Shown: in pieces, positions 52,591-64,000 of the stretch
Position numbering within the stretch: position 1 is the stretch's first letter
How the letters are laid out: every line of letters starts with the position of its first letter
Assembly: GCF_035084215.1 (NCBI RefSeq)
Contig: NC_090354.1
Span: forward strand, 11,160,001 to 11,224,000
Length of the DNA stretch: 64,000 nt
From: Heptranchias perlo
Taxonomy: Eukaryota
Direction of reading: 5' to 3'
Notes under the pieces: model-generated
Database searches by the model: none
What the model saw: only the letters and a program-made list of their open reading frames with translations
What the model was told of the DNA's origin: nothing
Program-made: the position numbers and the translations under genes

Positions 52591-53073
52591 CTGATGGAAG
52601 TCATTAACTGTCACCCTAGTACTCGGTAACATGGCACTGGAGCCTGAAGTTCCTGATGTCATAGAGAGGACACTTGGTCTCTCTGAAATCAACACATTTT
52701 CTTCCCCTTTACCAATTCGCAAGATGTAATCTTTATAATGATCATATCGTGTCAGTGGGTGAAGGGTACAGAATGTCTTGCGGTCTGTAATTTCAGAGAA
52801 TCTGTACAACTTGCCATACTCAGTGTTTCTGTTTCTGTGGATCCTGTAGAGAAGAGTGTTGTGCTGCACTTGCTGAATGTTTTTGGTGTTCAATTCAAGT
52901 CTCCGTCGCTGCAAAAGGCTCAAGATACTTACAGCCCTGGAAGTTAGGTATTGGCTCAAAAGGCTGAAAAATGGTCTCTTCTGACCCTGTGACCTGTTGC
53001 AGATATCACACCTGAGCAACACCAACATCCACAGGCCCAGGATTCCAAAAATAAATGCAGCAATGAGAAGCAT
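52591..53073 (-). CDS. GHDC: GH3 domain-containing protein, first coding exon
   Basis: ttgatag|ATG...CAG|gtattg; hydrophobic N-terminus, then QRRRLE, HPLTRYDHY and MTSGTSG; 483 nt. All seven exons join in frame to 600 aa. Confidence 0.93.
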
Positions 53074-54179
53074 CTATCAACAGAAAATAACGGTAATTAG
53101 CATACACGAAGTCACATCATTCTGTATATTACTTCCTGGTAATTTACATTGCAATTCTACAGCTAGCTCCTATTTAATAACCAGAGTCTTAATAAAAATA
53201 ATTGCTTTACAAAAATTTACAATATAGCAAAAGTATTAAAAACAATCCCTTGCTTGATAAATCTTTTTCCCACTAGTATTGAGCCATACAGATTAGAAGT
53301 GCCCCTAGGTTAGGGAAGGGAAGGGAGAAAAATCATCCAAGGTTTCCACTCCTAAACTCTAACTGGTGACTCCTGCCAGAAAATGGGTGTGTGTGGACAC
53401 TGAATGAGAATTAAGCTCAATCGTCAACCAACACTCACTGTCAAGTTCACACAGAAGAAATGCCAATGCAACAAGATACCAGAGAGCAGCCAATCCCTCC
53501 CAGAGTTAATACTTTCAGGGGGAAGGAGAGAAAACGACATAGAGATTACAACACAGAAACTGCCCATTAGGTTCAACCAGTCTGTGTCAGCATTTAACCT
53601 CTACACGAGCAACTAGCTCTCATCATTTTTACCCAACCTAGTAACATACCCCTTCAATCCCTTTTCCTTCATCCACCAATGCAATCCAATCTTGAAGTTT
53701 CTGCCTCAACCACAAATCCTGGGAGTGAATTCCACAGAAGTGGATCTCTGTTCTAAATCTTACATTTAATTTTGTATCTGTGACCCCGAGTTTTGACCCC
53801 TCAACTACCACTTTCAACTACACCGTTCCAGCCTTTCATAATTTTATCAATTAACCCCATCATTTGTGTTGATTTAGGTGGGGGGGGGGGGGGATGTGAG
53901 AGTGAAATAGGTCACAGGTCATTTATAGTTGGTGGACATGGGACCTCATAACAGGAAATTTGATTTGTTCACAATTCCCGGTCAGCAAAAAAGAGATTTT
54001 GTAAAAACGTTTATGATTGTTGTGTATGACAGAGTTAGTTACCCGTTCACTTTTATTGCAGGTTATTTACATTCTTCAGCGAAGAACTTTGCTATATTTT
54101 GAAAACATGTTTATGAATTTTCTGTAACTTTCAGAAGTGAACATGATAATTGCAACAGTTACAACTTCAATGTAACAAT

Positions 54180-54600
54180 GTCGGTCCCGGTCGCGCGCGC
54201 CGCTCGCTACCCGGGACCGAAACAACCGAAAGGTGGGGAATTCTGACAGCGTTCAATATATAAAAAAATAATAAAAGCACCGGAATCCGGAGCGGCGCTT
54301 CGAGTTTCACAGCTCGACGCCCTGGGGATGTCATCCTTTTTACCCGCTATTTAAAGAAAGGCTTTCACTCACCTTCTTCCGCCTTCACCATCGTCAACAA
54401 GGGAGCGAGCCCGTACTCAGCGCGCTGACGTTTCGGCAGCAGTGAGCTCACCCATTCTAGGCTGGGAGATCCAGTGTGGGTGTAGCAGGGACATTAGTTC
54501 TCCTTCTATCTGCAAGTCATCTTGGCATCCATGGAACTGTTTTCTTCCAGGCCAATATCTTCCCCGCCGCCCCCCCAATCCGCGCTTTTTTAAAAAACAT
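54180..54600 (-). promoter_or_regulatory. GHDC CpG-island promoter
   Basis: Dense CpG, CRE-like TGACGT at 54426-54431, CCAAT at 54552 and 54575, GC box ccccgccgcccc at about 54562. Confidence 0.65.
54373..54440 (-). other. GHDC: Probable GHDC exon 1 (5'UTR; start site approximate)
   Basis: Consensus donor GAAG|GTGAGT at 54373/54372 inside a CpG island 1.3 kb upstream. The coding exon starts directly after an acceptor, which implies an upstream exon. Confidence 0.65.
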
Positions 54601-54662
54601 AGCATGAAACTTTGATTCTTAAGGGTTGCAAATAATTTGCTAAAAATCTTAATCCCCGAAAG

Positions 54663-54783
54663 CTGAGGAAGGAGGTAGCCTCCGAAAGCTTGTGAATTTA
54701 AAATAAAATTGCTGGACTATAACTTGGTGTTGTAAAATTGTTTACAATTGTCAACCCCAGTCCATCACCGGCATCTCCACATC
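54663..54783 (+). mobile_element. Penelope-like terminus with hammerhead core
   Basis: CTGAGGA-A-GGAGG(TAG)CCTCC-GAA-AGCT-T-GTG, followed by a tail closely similar to 34261-34355 (tgtcaaccccagtccatcaccg.catctccacatc). Confidence 0.8.
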
Positions 54784-55159
54784 AGGAAGACAGTGGCATT
54801 GTATTATCGGGAGTTACACTGCTCACCAATCTACTCGTGAAGTTTCTGATCTCTGCTGACCACCTCATGAGAGGCCTACTCATCAGTTGTTTAATGATTA
54901 ATAACTTTCTTCGTGGAGGGTAGGTGAAGGTAAGGGCCAAAATGGCTCAGACAGACAATAACTTGCCTGATGATGGAAGACTAAACTCAGTTAATTTCTG
55001 TGATAAATTCAGTTCCAATCTTCCATCCTGAGCCACTTAGGTCCACTTATGTCAGGACAATTTTGATTACTGACCAGCCAACCTAATTCATTATTGAGAT
55101 ATGGCTAGGTACATCACTGGGGCTGGGATTTTCACAAATCAGCTCCACGTAATGGCCGT

Positions 55160-56568
55160 AAGAAACAGGAGCAGGAGTAGGGCATCCAGCCCCTTGAGCC
55201 TGCTCCGCCATTCAACAAGATCATGGCTGATCTTTTACCTCAATGCCATTTTCCTGCACTATCCCCATATCTCTCGCTGCCTTTAATATCTAGAAATCTA
55301 TCGATCTCTGTTTTGAATGTACTCAATGACTGAGCCGCCACAGCCCTATGGGATAAAGAATTCCAAAGATTCACCACCCTCTGAGTGAAGACATTTCTCC
55401 TCATCTCAGTCCTAAATGGTCTACCCCTTATTCTGAGACTGTGACTCCTGGGTCTAGACTCCCCAGCCAAGGGAAACATCCTCCCTGCATCTACCCTGTC
55501 GAACCCTTTAAGAATTTTGTATCTTTCCATGAGATCACCTCTCATTCTTCTAAACTCTAGAGAATACAGGCCTAGTCTACTCAATCTCTCCTCATACAAC
55601 AATCCCACCATCCCAGGAATCAGTCTTCATTGCAATCCCTCTATGGCAAGTATATCCTTTCTTAGGTAAGGAGACCAAAATTGTACACAATACTCCAGGT
55701 GCAGTCTAACCAAGGCCCTATATAATTGCAGTAAGACATCTTTACTCCTATACTCCAACTCCCTTACAAGAAAGGCCAACATACCATTTGCCTTCCTAAT
55801 TGCTTGCTGCACCTGCATGTTTGCTTTCAGTGACTCATGTACGAGGACACCTACAGTGAACATCAACATTTCCCAATCTCTTACCATTTGAAAAATATTC
55901 TGCATTTTTGTTTTTCCTACCACACTTTACCACATTATATTCTATCTGCCATGTTCTTGCCCACTCACTTAGCCTGTCTATATCCCCTCGAAGCCTCTTT
56001 GCAACCTCCTCACAACTCACATTCCCACCTAGTTTTGTGTCATCAGCAAACTTGGAAATATTACATTTGGTCCCCTCATCCAAATCATTGATATAGATTA
56101 TGAATAGCTGGGGCCCAAGCACCAATCCCTGCGGTACCCAACTCGTACAGCATGCCAACCTGAAAAAGACCTGTTTATTCCTATTCTCTGTCTGTTAACT
56201 ACTTCTCAATCCATGCCAGTATATTACCAATTCCATGTGCTCTAACTTTGTTCACCAACCTCCAGTGTGGGACCTTATCAAAAGCCTTCTGAAAATCCAA
56301 ATACACCACATCCACTGGTTCCCCCTCATCTATTCTACTAGTTACATCCACAAAGAACTCCAGTAGGTTTGTCAAACATAATTTCCCTTTCATAAATCCA
56401 TGTTGACTCTGCTAAATCTTGTTATTCTTTTCTAAGTGTCCTGTTATCACATCCTTTATAATAGATTCTAGCATTTTCCTAACTACTGATGTCAGGCTAA
56501 CAGGTCTGTAGTTCACTGTTTTCTCTCTCCCTCCTTTCTTAAATAGTGGGGGTACATTTGCTACCCCA
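55160..56568 (-). mobile_element. Degenerate CR1 LINE
   Basis: Minus-strand ORFs with NYRPVSLTS, LDFQKAFDKVPH, FADDTKL and RMRGDL; CR1 tail. Confidence 0.93.
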
Positions 56569-58614
56569 TCTGAGTTGAGTGGTGCTGTTTCGACAAGCAA
56601 CCGAAAGCATACCGGTATTTTACACCGGTAAGCTGTGATTTTAGCTGCTTACCTGCATACATTTTTGGGGTTTCCTAAGCCTTGGCTCTTGTGAAGCTAG
56701 TTCCAGGGCTTGAGTAAGTGAGGCGTCCCCCCACAAAGGTGAGGCAAATAAACACTCAACATGGAAGAAGCACCAAATCTACCTGAGCATTGGTCTGTAG
56801 CTTGGTTTGGAGGCTCTTGAGTGTCATGATGAGTTTCTGCATGTATCAGCTGATAAAGTGCTGGCATCGTTGGTTAGAAATGTACAACTCAATTTGGGTG
56901 TATTCATTCTGTAAATATAAGAGGTTATCAGTCTCATTTTGTGGTAAAACAGATCCAAAATTAAATGTGCCAGGCATCATTTAATTTCGATAAGACAATA
57001 TCATCTCTAAATCTTCAGGACTAAGTACTTCCGAAGTTTTGGATGTTTGTTTCTGAACTTCCAATGAAACGGTAAATTGCTCAGGGCCAGCTTAACAAAA
57101 TTACAAAGTATGAGAGATTCATGACTACGAGGCAGTACTAATAGAATCTGACATTTAAACACCGCCTGAAGAACTAATCAGTCAAAGCCAAACCCAGAGC
57201 AGGGGTTAAAGAAGTCACTTGTGAAGTTAATGGGGGGGGGGGAAGGGAGGGGATGGAGACTAATCCTAGAAAATACAGCCAAAATAAATGACAAAAATTA
57301 CACAAAAGTAAACAAAGGTATTACAGTATGTCCATTGGAGAGATACCCCCCACAGATTGCGTAGTGACTAATGAATAATTCAGACGAGATAAATTGCAAT
57401 AATTTAAAACAATCACAATATTTTGATTAATTCTAACATGGATTATTTAAAAAAAATCAAATCTTTTCTTCTATAGGGAGTACATTTCTGATTTATATAT
57501 TTATTCAAGACTAAATACTGACCAATATTTTCCATAATCAACTGATCAATATTCACTTGTAGTGATTTAAATCGCAGATGGTAGCCCTTCCTGTGTTGAT
57601 GTCATAATGACTGCTAGTATCTGCCGTGATGGCTGCTGCGAGGTATAACGCCACCTCCAAGAACTTCAGAACATATATTATGAATAAATAAGATAACTCA
57701 GCGATCTGAAGGCTGTAATCTCATTAGGAGATTCAAATGGTGACAATAAATTGCTTCATCTTCATTCTGTGGTTTATGATGTGATTGGAATCCATCAGTG
57801 AGATTACTGCCTTCTAATTACTCCCAGGTGAGCATTTATCTTGTGTTTACGAAGACCTCCAATGATAAAAATTAAATTAATTAGTTTAAGTCAATGTCCT
57901 GTTTGATTTGCACTATAAAACTAAAATTATGAAGCTACTTTGGGAAGAAAAGATACTAAATAAACAATATATAGTATAGACATAATAAAAGTAGTTTTTG
58001 CATTTGGGTAACTGCGCTGAGATATAACAGAAAAATGAAGTTGATCATACCCAAGACATTGCTTTTAAAAAGATGTTTAAATGTGATTGCATTGATGCTT
58101 ATCAATCTGCAGGTCACACTCAACAAAAGGTAATATGGGTACACATTTTATACTTGCCACACAAACATAGCCTTCTGTTTGTCAAGGGCCATCATTCCAA
58201 ACATTACTGGAATTGTTACATACTAGCTACTTGGTAAAAAGTAATACTATGGCAGTGCTTAAAATCAACTAATTGTATGAAATAAAGAATTAATTTCCTC
58301 ACATTCAAGACCACTCATACAAACCATTTTGTTCCTAACTAAATCAAATGTGCTGTAGTTTCAACAACAACTTGCATTTGTATAGCACATGTAACAGAGT
58401 AAAACGTGCCAATGTACTATATTATTTCAATATTTGCACCACATAATAACTCACCGTAATATTAATTTCAGATTGCTGTTAGGATTTGGTCTCTCTCCCA
58501 ACAATCTTTATTCTTGCTGCAACAGAGAGCTTTTTTGGACAGGTCATACTGTCTATGAAACAAACATTAACCGTATGCATGTATTCAATGAGATGTCACA
58601 TATCTCAGGGGTAA

Positions 58615-59358
58615 CAATCTACGCACTGCAAACTCCATTCCCTAGCCAGCGACTCCATCCCTCGCCCTGGCCACTGTCTGAGGCTGAACCAGACCGTTCA
58701 CAACCTTGGCTGCCTATTTGACCGAGATGAGCTTCCGACCTCCATTACCAAGATCGTCAACTTCCACCTCCGTAATATCGCCAGTCTCCGTCCCTGCCTC
58801 AGCTCATCTGCTGCTGACACTCTCATCCATGCCTTTGTTACCTCTAGACTTGACTATTTCAATGCTCTCCTGGCCGGCCTCCCACCTTGCACCCTCCATA
58901 AACTTAAGTTAATCAAAAACTCTGCTGCCTGTATCCCGACTCGCAGCAAGTCTCGTTCACCCATCATCCTTGTGCTCACTGACCTACATTGGTCCGGCAA
59001 CGCACAATTTTTAAATTCTCAACCTTGTTTTCAAATCCCTCCACAGCCTCGTCCCTCTTTATTTCTATAACCTCCTCCAGGCCTACAACCTTCTCAGATC
59101 ACTGCACTCTTCCAATTCTGGCCTCTTACACATCCCCGATTTGCCGTGTCTTCAGCTGCCTTGGCCCCAAGTTCTGGAATTTCCTCCCTAAACCTCTTCA
59201 CCTCTCTCTCCTCCTTAAAACCTACCTCTTTAACCAAGCTTTTGGCCACCTAATATCTCCTTACGAGCTTGGTGTCAAATTTTGTTTGGTAATGCTCCTG
59301 TGAAGCATCTGGGTTCATTTTACTATGTTAAAGCCATTATATAAAAGCAAGTTGTTAT
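58615..59358 (+). mobile_element. Degenerate L2 LINE 3' part
   Basis: Encodes HLRNIASLRPCLS..TLIHAFVTSRLDYFNALLAGLP, a typical L2 motif; tail tataaaagcaagttgtt. Confidence 0.85.
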
Positions 59359-61164
59359 ACTGGAAATATTACAGGTTGCCTATGACATGCAGAGAAATAT
59401 CATGATGATGGACCATGTAACACATGCAAGACTGTAAGTCTGTATTTATTGTGAAATGTAAATTTATTTCTGCATAAATCAGATAAAATGGTAAAAACAT
59501 GCTTAACCATCCAATGTTTTCCCAAGATCAACATAACAACTTTCCCACAATTTTTAGAATTTTTTTTCTCGAGTCCTTTAATTGGGTTTGGATGGACATA
59601 AACATGGTGCTAAGTTAAAGAATTCTATCTCATCACAGTAATATGGAACTATGTGGTTGAAACATGAACTGAAGTATCGGATAAGCCTTTGTGTATTCAT
59701 CACAGCCGAAGAGGCAGTCAAGTACAGAGCCATCAATCAAGTCAGTTTCAAAGACCACAGTGAAATATCTTGAGCATGATACAATTTGAAATGCAGCAGT
59801 TTGTAGCTCATTGAGCCTTGTATACCCAGGAACCGCTAAATACTGTAGGCAATGAATCACCTGTCCTTTTATTTAAACATCTGCTGAAATACCAGATCAA
59901 ACATTTTAGTCTACTTTCTTGCAGACAGGAAGACCACAATCTCAGCTGATGGTCTTGTGAAGAAAGAGTTTTCATTTTATAAACTCAATAAATTTCATAT
60001 TGGGGTTTCAAGTAAAATTTCTGAGCAGTAGTAGGGGTCGGATGAGATAAGTCTGAATAATAAAGCTTGCTTTAAGGTCTCCTGAACCTCGTGCCAGAAT
60101 AACTCTTAACTCAAACTCCAATATCCATGTCTTATATGTTGTATATATTACTCAGTCACACTTTCAGGCATTGCGTTTGGAGTTAGTTTCTTTGACAGTA
60201 GCACTGAGAAGGGGAGTCCTGTGCAAAAACATAGATATACATTTAAATCAGTGATTGAGAGGTTTTGTCATGCAACATTTACAACAGATCAGAGAAATAA
60301 TGCATATGACATGTCTAATTAAACTAAATAAAGACCATTACTCATTTAAATGACAAGTCAGTCATTCATTTAACTGGTTAAAAACAAATTTATATGATAG
60401 CATTGCTGACAAAAAAAATTGTGGTTATATCATTTTATTCTTCATAGGGTAGATAAGTAACACTCTGGCCACTTTATTGTTTTTTTTGAAAAAAACAAAG
60501 TAACTGAGGAACGGAATTGTAATTCAGAGTAAAACATTTTTGGAAAAAAATGGCTCAGATGTAAATCAACTTAAAACTTTCAATAATAATTCTTAGTACA
60601 ATTTGTGATGTGTGGGGAACTAGAAAATGAGACAATGAGGCATTCTACTCACTGCGTTCCAACTTCTCAAGACAGTCTCTAGATAGAAGACCATCACAAA
60701 CATTTTACATATTTATGGGACATTAGCTGAAGCGCTTTAATGTCACAGAAAATCTGGATTTATTAGCAGATCTAGCACTAATGTTTTGGAGGTTTGAGTA
60801 CAAATTATATATTCCACACCAACAGTTCTTGTTATCTTATACAAGAAATCACTTGTAAGAAATTTAGTTTTGACCTGTTGGTTAAGGGTTTGTCAGCCAT
60901 GGCATTATAAAAAGAATGAAATGCATTCCATTAAATTATTTTTAAAATCGCTTTTCATTTATGCTGGTTAATAACAGCAAACTAAGTTTTAGAATCAGGC
61001 AGGTATCTTGTGCAGCTCCACTGAGGACAGATGACTGCATGTAAACTAAATAACTTTTGAGCTGATTACTTTAAGACTTTTTGGAAGTTGCAGTGTATTG
61101 TGACACAAAAATGCAGTAACTCAAAATAAAAAGGCAAAAACAGAGTTCAGGACTTCTGCCCGCT

Positions 61165-61520
61165 TGTCTCAGTTAGTAACACTCTCACTTCTGAGTCCGA
61201 AGGTTCAATCCCCAATCTAAGGCTTGAGTGCATCATCTTTGCTGATGTTACAATGCAGTATTGATGGAGTGCTACAATGCCAGAGCTGCTAGATAAAGTG
61301 TGGAGCATAAACGCCAGCATAGAGCAGTTGGGCCAAGTGGCCTGTTTTTGTGCTTTCCTTCAGATGTTTACATTGAAATCTCTTCTGCCTGAAGAGCAGG
61401 GTACTTCGCCCTTGTTCTGGCCAACATTCCTCCCTCAACCAACACCATCAAAACACATTAATGGTCATTCATCTCATGGCTATTTGTGAAACCTTGCTGT
61501 ACGCAAAAAAAAGTTGCCTC
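61165..61520 (+). mobile_element. Deu-domain SINE with tRNA-like head
   Basis: ctcagttagtaacactctcacttctgagtccgaaggttcaatccc head, then gaagagcagggtactt..ctggccaacattcctccctcaaccaacacca. Confidence 0.6.
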
Positions 61521-62534
61521 TTGGAAAGGAGGTCCAAATTCACTGGTGGCCACTGCTTCATTAGTTTACTGAATAGCTGATATGTTTTGGGGTGCCAGCT
61601 GCTCTATGAATTTATTAATTCACTAGTGCCCGCAAATCCATCAATTTATTGATTTGTTGGTGTGCCTGCTGCTCCATTAATTCATTATGCAAATAATTTA
61701 TAAGGGCAATGCCATGGGGAGATCCGATTATAATATATTAGAGATATATTCTCTCACACACACACACACGATACCCGAAATAAAGAAAAAATGGTGACAG
61801 GTGGGGAGATGCAAGACATGTGTCATGCTGCTACTAGTAATGGGAGGCCTGCAACTTCTGTGCCTTTGCTTGTGGTGAATCAAGATGTTACATTGTTGCA
61901 AGGGGGGGGGGGGGGGGGGGGAGGGGGAAGAGGTGGGGAGCAGGCCACCCTCCTGCCAGAGAAAGCATTTGGAAAGAGATCTCCCCGGAGATAGTGAACC
62001 AAGTGTATTTTGATTTGTACCTGGAAGAGTGTTTTTCCTGCTTGCTGCAAACGAACTAATAAATACCAGTTACATCAGTGAAATTTCTGAATATGGAGGC
62101 AAAACATTTTACAATCCATCTGTTTATGGTGTAGCATTTTACAGTTGAAGCATAGTCTTTTATTTCTATATTTCCTTCTTTACTAAATATCTCTAATCGT
62201 AAAACAATTTAAATTCAGAACTTTTATTCAGAACCTCCCATCAAACTTGAATTATGGTCTAGTTCAAGAAGTTGCGATGTATATACATGAACAATCATTG
62301 CTTGAGCTCTTGGTATAGACAAATAAAATTATTACCATCTAGGGTACAAAATACAGATTTCACTTCAAATTTTGTTGTTTAGAGTTATATTTGTCACATA
62401 AATATCATTTTCTAACAATTCCTTGAACGTCGGACCGACACATTTTTTCAGGCAAACTTTCTCAGAAAACGTTTGAGTTTATGCTTTACCTTGTCTGATT
62501 TTATACATATTGCTATTAATCATAAAAAAAATCT

Positions 62535-63810
62535 AAGAAACATAAACAGGAGTAGGCCATTCATTCTCTTGAGCCGGTTCTGCCATTCAATTAAATCTCA
62601 ACTGATCTGAACCTCAAATCCATGTACCTGCCGTTGCTCCATACCTCTTGATACCCTTACCTAACATATCTATCAATCTCAGTCTTGAAAGTTTCAATTG
62701 ACTCAGTATCCAGTCTTTTGGGGAAGAGTGTTCCACATTTCCATTACCATTTGTGTGGAAGTGTTCCTGATTTCACTCCTAAATGGCCTAGCTTAACTTT
62801 TAGATTATGCCCCCTTGTTCTGGATTTCCTCCACCAGAGGAAATAGTTTATCTGTATCTACGATCACATTAAACACCTTGATTAGATCACTCCTCAACTT
62901 TCTAAACATAAGGGAATACAAACCAAGTTTGGTACGATTCTGATGAATCTGCACTGTACCCCCTCAAAGGCCAATATATCTTTCCTGAGCTTCGATGCCC
63001 AAAACTGTACACAATACACCAGATGGGGTCTGACCAAAGCTCTGTATAACTGAAGCATCATTTGCTCACTTTTGTTCTCCAACCCGATTGAGATTAAGGC
63101 CAACATTAGAGTAGCCTTTTTGAACTTGTGCACTAGCTTTGAGTGTATAAGGACACCTAAATCCATTTGCTGCTCCACAGCTCCTAGTCTCTTACCATTA
63201 AGAAAATATTCTGATTTGTCTTCCTTGGATCCAAAGTTGATGATCTCACACTTTCCCACACTGAAATCCATCTGCCAAGGTTTTGCCTACTCAGTCTATA
63301 TCCCTTTGTAATTTTCTGCTCCTGTCAACACAACTTACTGTGCCTCCTAACTATGTGTCATCTTGTAATGTCCAAACTTGGATATACAACCCTCTATTCA
63401 TTCATCCAAGTCTTTGATATATATGATGAAAAGCTGAGATCCCAGTACAGATCCCTGATCACCACTTGTCAAATCCTGCCAATCAGAGAACGTTCTCTTT
63501 ATCCGTACTCTGTCTTCCACCTCCCAACCAATTACCAACTCATGTCACAAGGTTACCTCCAACTACGTGCACTTTTATTTTTGCTAATAATCTCCTGCCG
63601 AACCTCAGCAAATGCATTCTGGAAGTCCATGTAGGCAACATCCATAGACATTTCCCTATCCACCCTGCTAGTGACCGTCTGAAAAAAAGCAACTAGATCA
63701 GTTAGACAGGATCTACCCTTCATAACTCCATGCCAACTCAATTCTCCAAATGCTCAGTCACTCAGTCTCTGAACACAGATTCCAGTAACCTCCCCACAAC
63801 AGGTGCTACA
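62535..63810 (-). mobile_element. Degenerate CR1 LINE
   Basis: GRSCLTDL..MDFQNAF and LYRALVRPHLVYCVQFW fragments; CR1 tail. Confidence 0.9.
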
Positions 63811-64000
63811 TTTTAGGCATAGGTGCCTGCAGAAAATTGCAGGCTGCTAGTTTCAGTCTCTTCAGCTAATACTGATGAGTCTGGGAAGCTGATTCAACTC
63901 AGACTTCTCATATAGGCACAGGCATCTGAAGGAAAACATTGTAACAGGTGTTTCAAACAGAAAATGCTATGGGTATAAGTAAGTTTAATCATTTTCTTGT

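Noticed and set aside
61902-61940. G-quadruplex element
   Set aside because: Mostly a simple poly-G run, like those at 53880 and 11627; run length is unreliable and there is no functional context.
56600-62500. STAT5 last exon or 3'UTR
   Set aside because: AT-rich with minus-strand AATAAA signals (e.g. near 59446), but no recognisable STAT5 coding exon; synteny alone is insufficient.

Overview
Vertebrate genomic DNA, most likely a cartilaginous fish (inferred from the CR1/L2-type LINEs, Deu-SINE and LF-SINE-like repeats and Penelope-like elements). Minus strand: a complete spliced GHDC gene (7 coding exons, 53073-31925, 1803 nt, 600 aa) with a probable 5' exon in a CpG island near 54.4 kb, and the first coding exon of an inactive phospholipase C-like (PLCL/PRIP) gene at 11385-11167 whose intron 1 runs off the left edge. 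Most ORFs in the track are transposon fragments: CR1 and L2-like LINEs, a decayed pogo/Tigger transposase, MITE-like elements and Penelope-like elements. Main points of interest: (1) several Penelope-derived minimal hammerhead ribozyme motifs, one inside a perfect 88-bp palindrome flanked by a 17-bp target-site duplication in a GHDC intron; (2) a GHDC protein that keeps all three adenylate-forming motifs; (3) an overlapping uORF created by GHDC splicing; (4) a probable extra PLCL ohnologue; (5) a speculative spliced small secreted-protein or lncRNA gene at 17.5-22.4 kb. All identifications were made by eye and from memory of the families; repeat boundaries are approximate.
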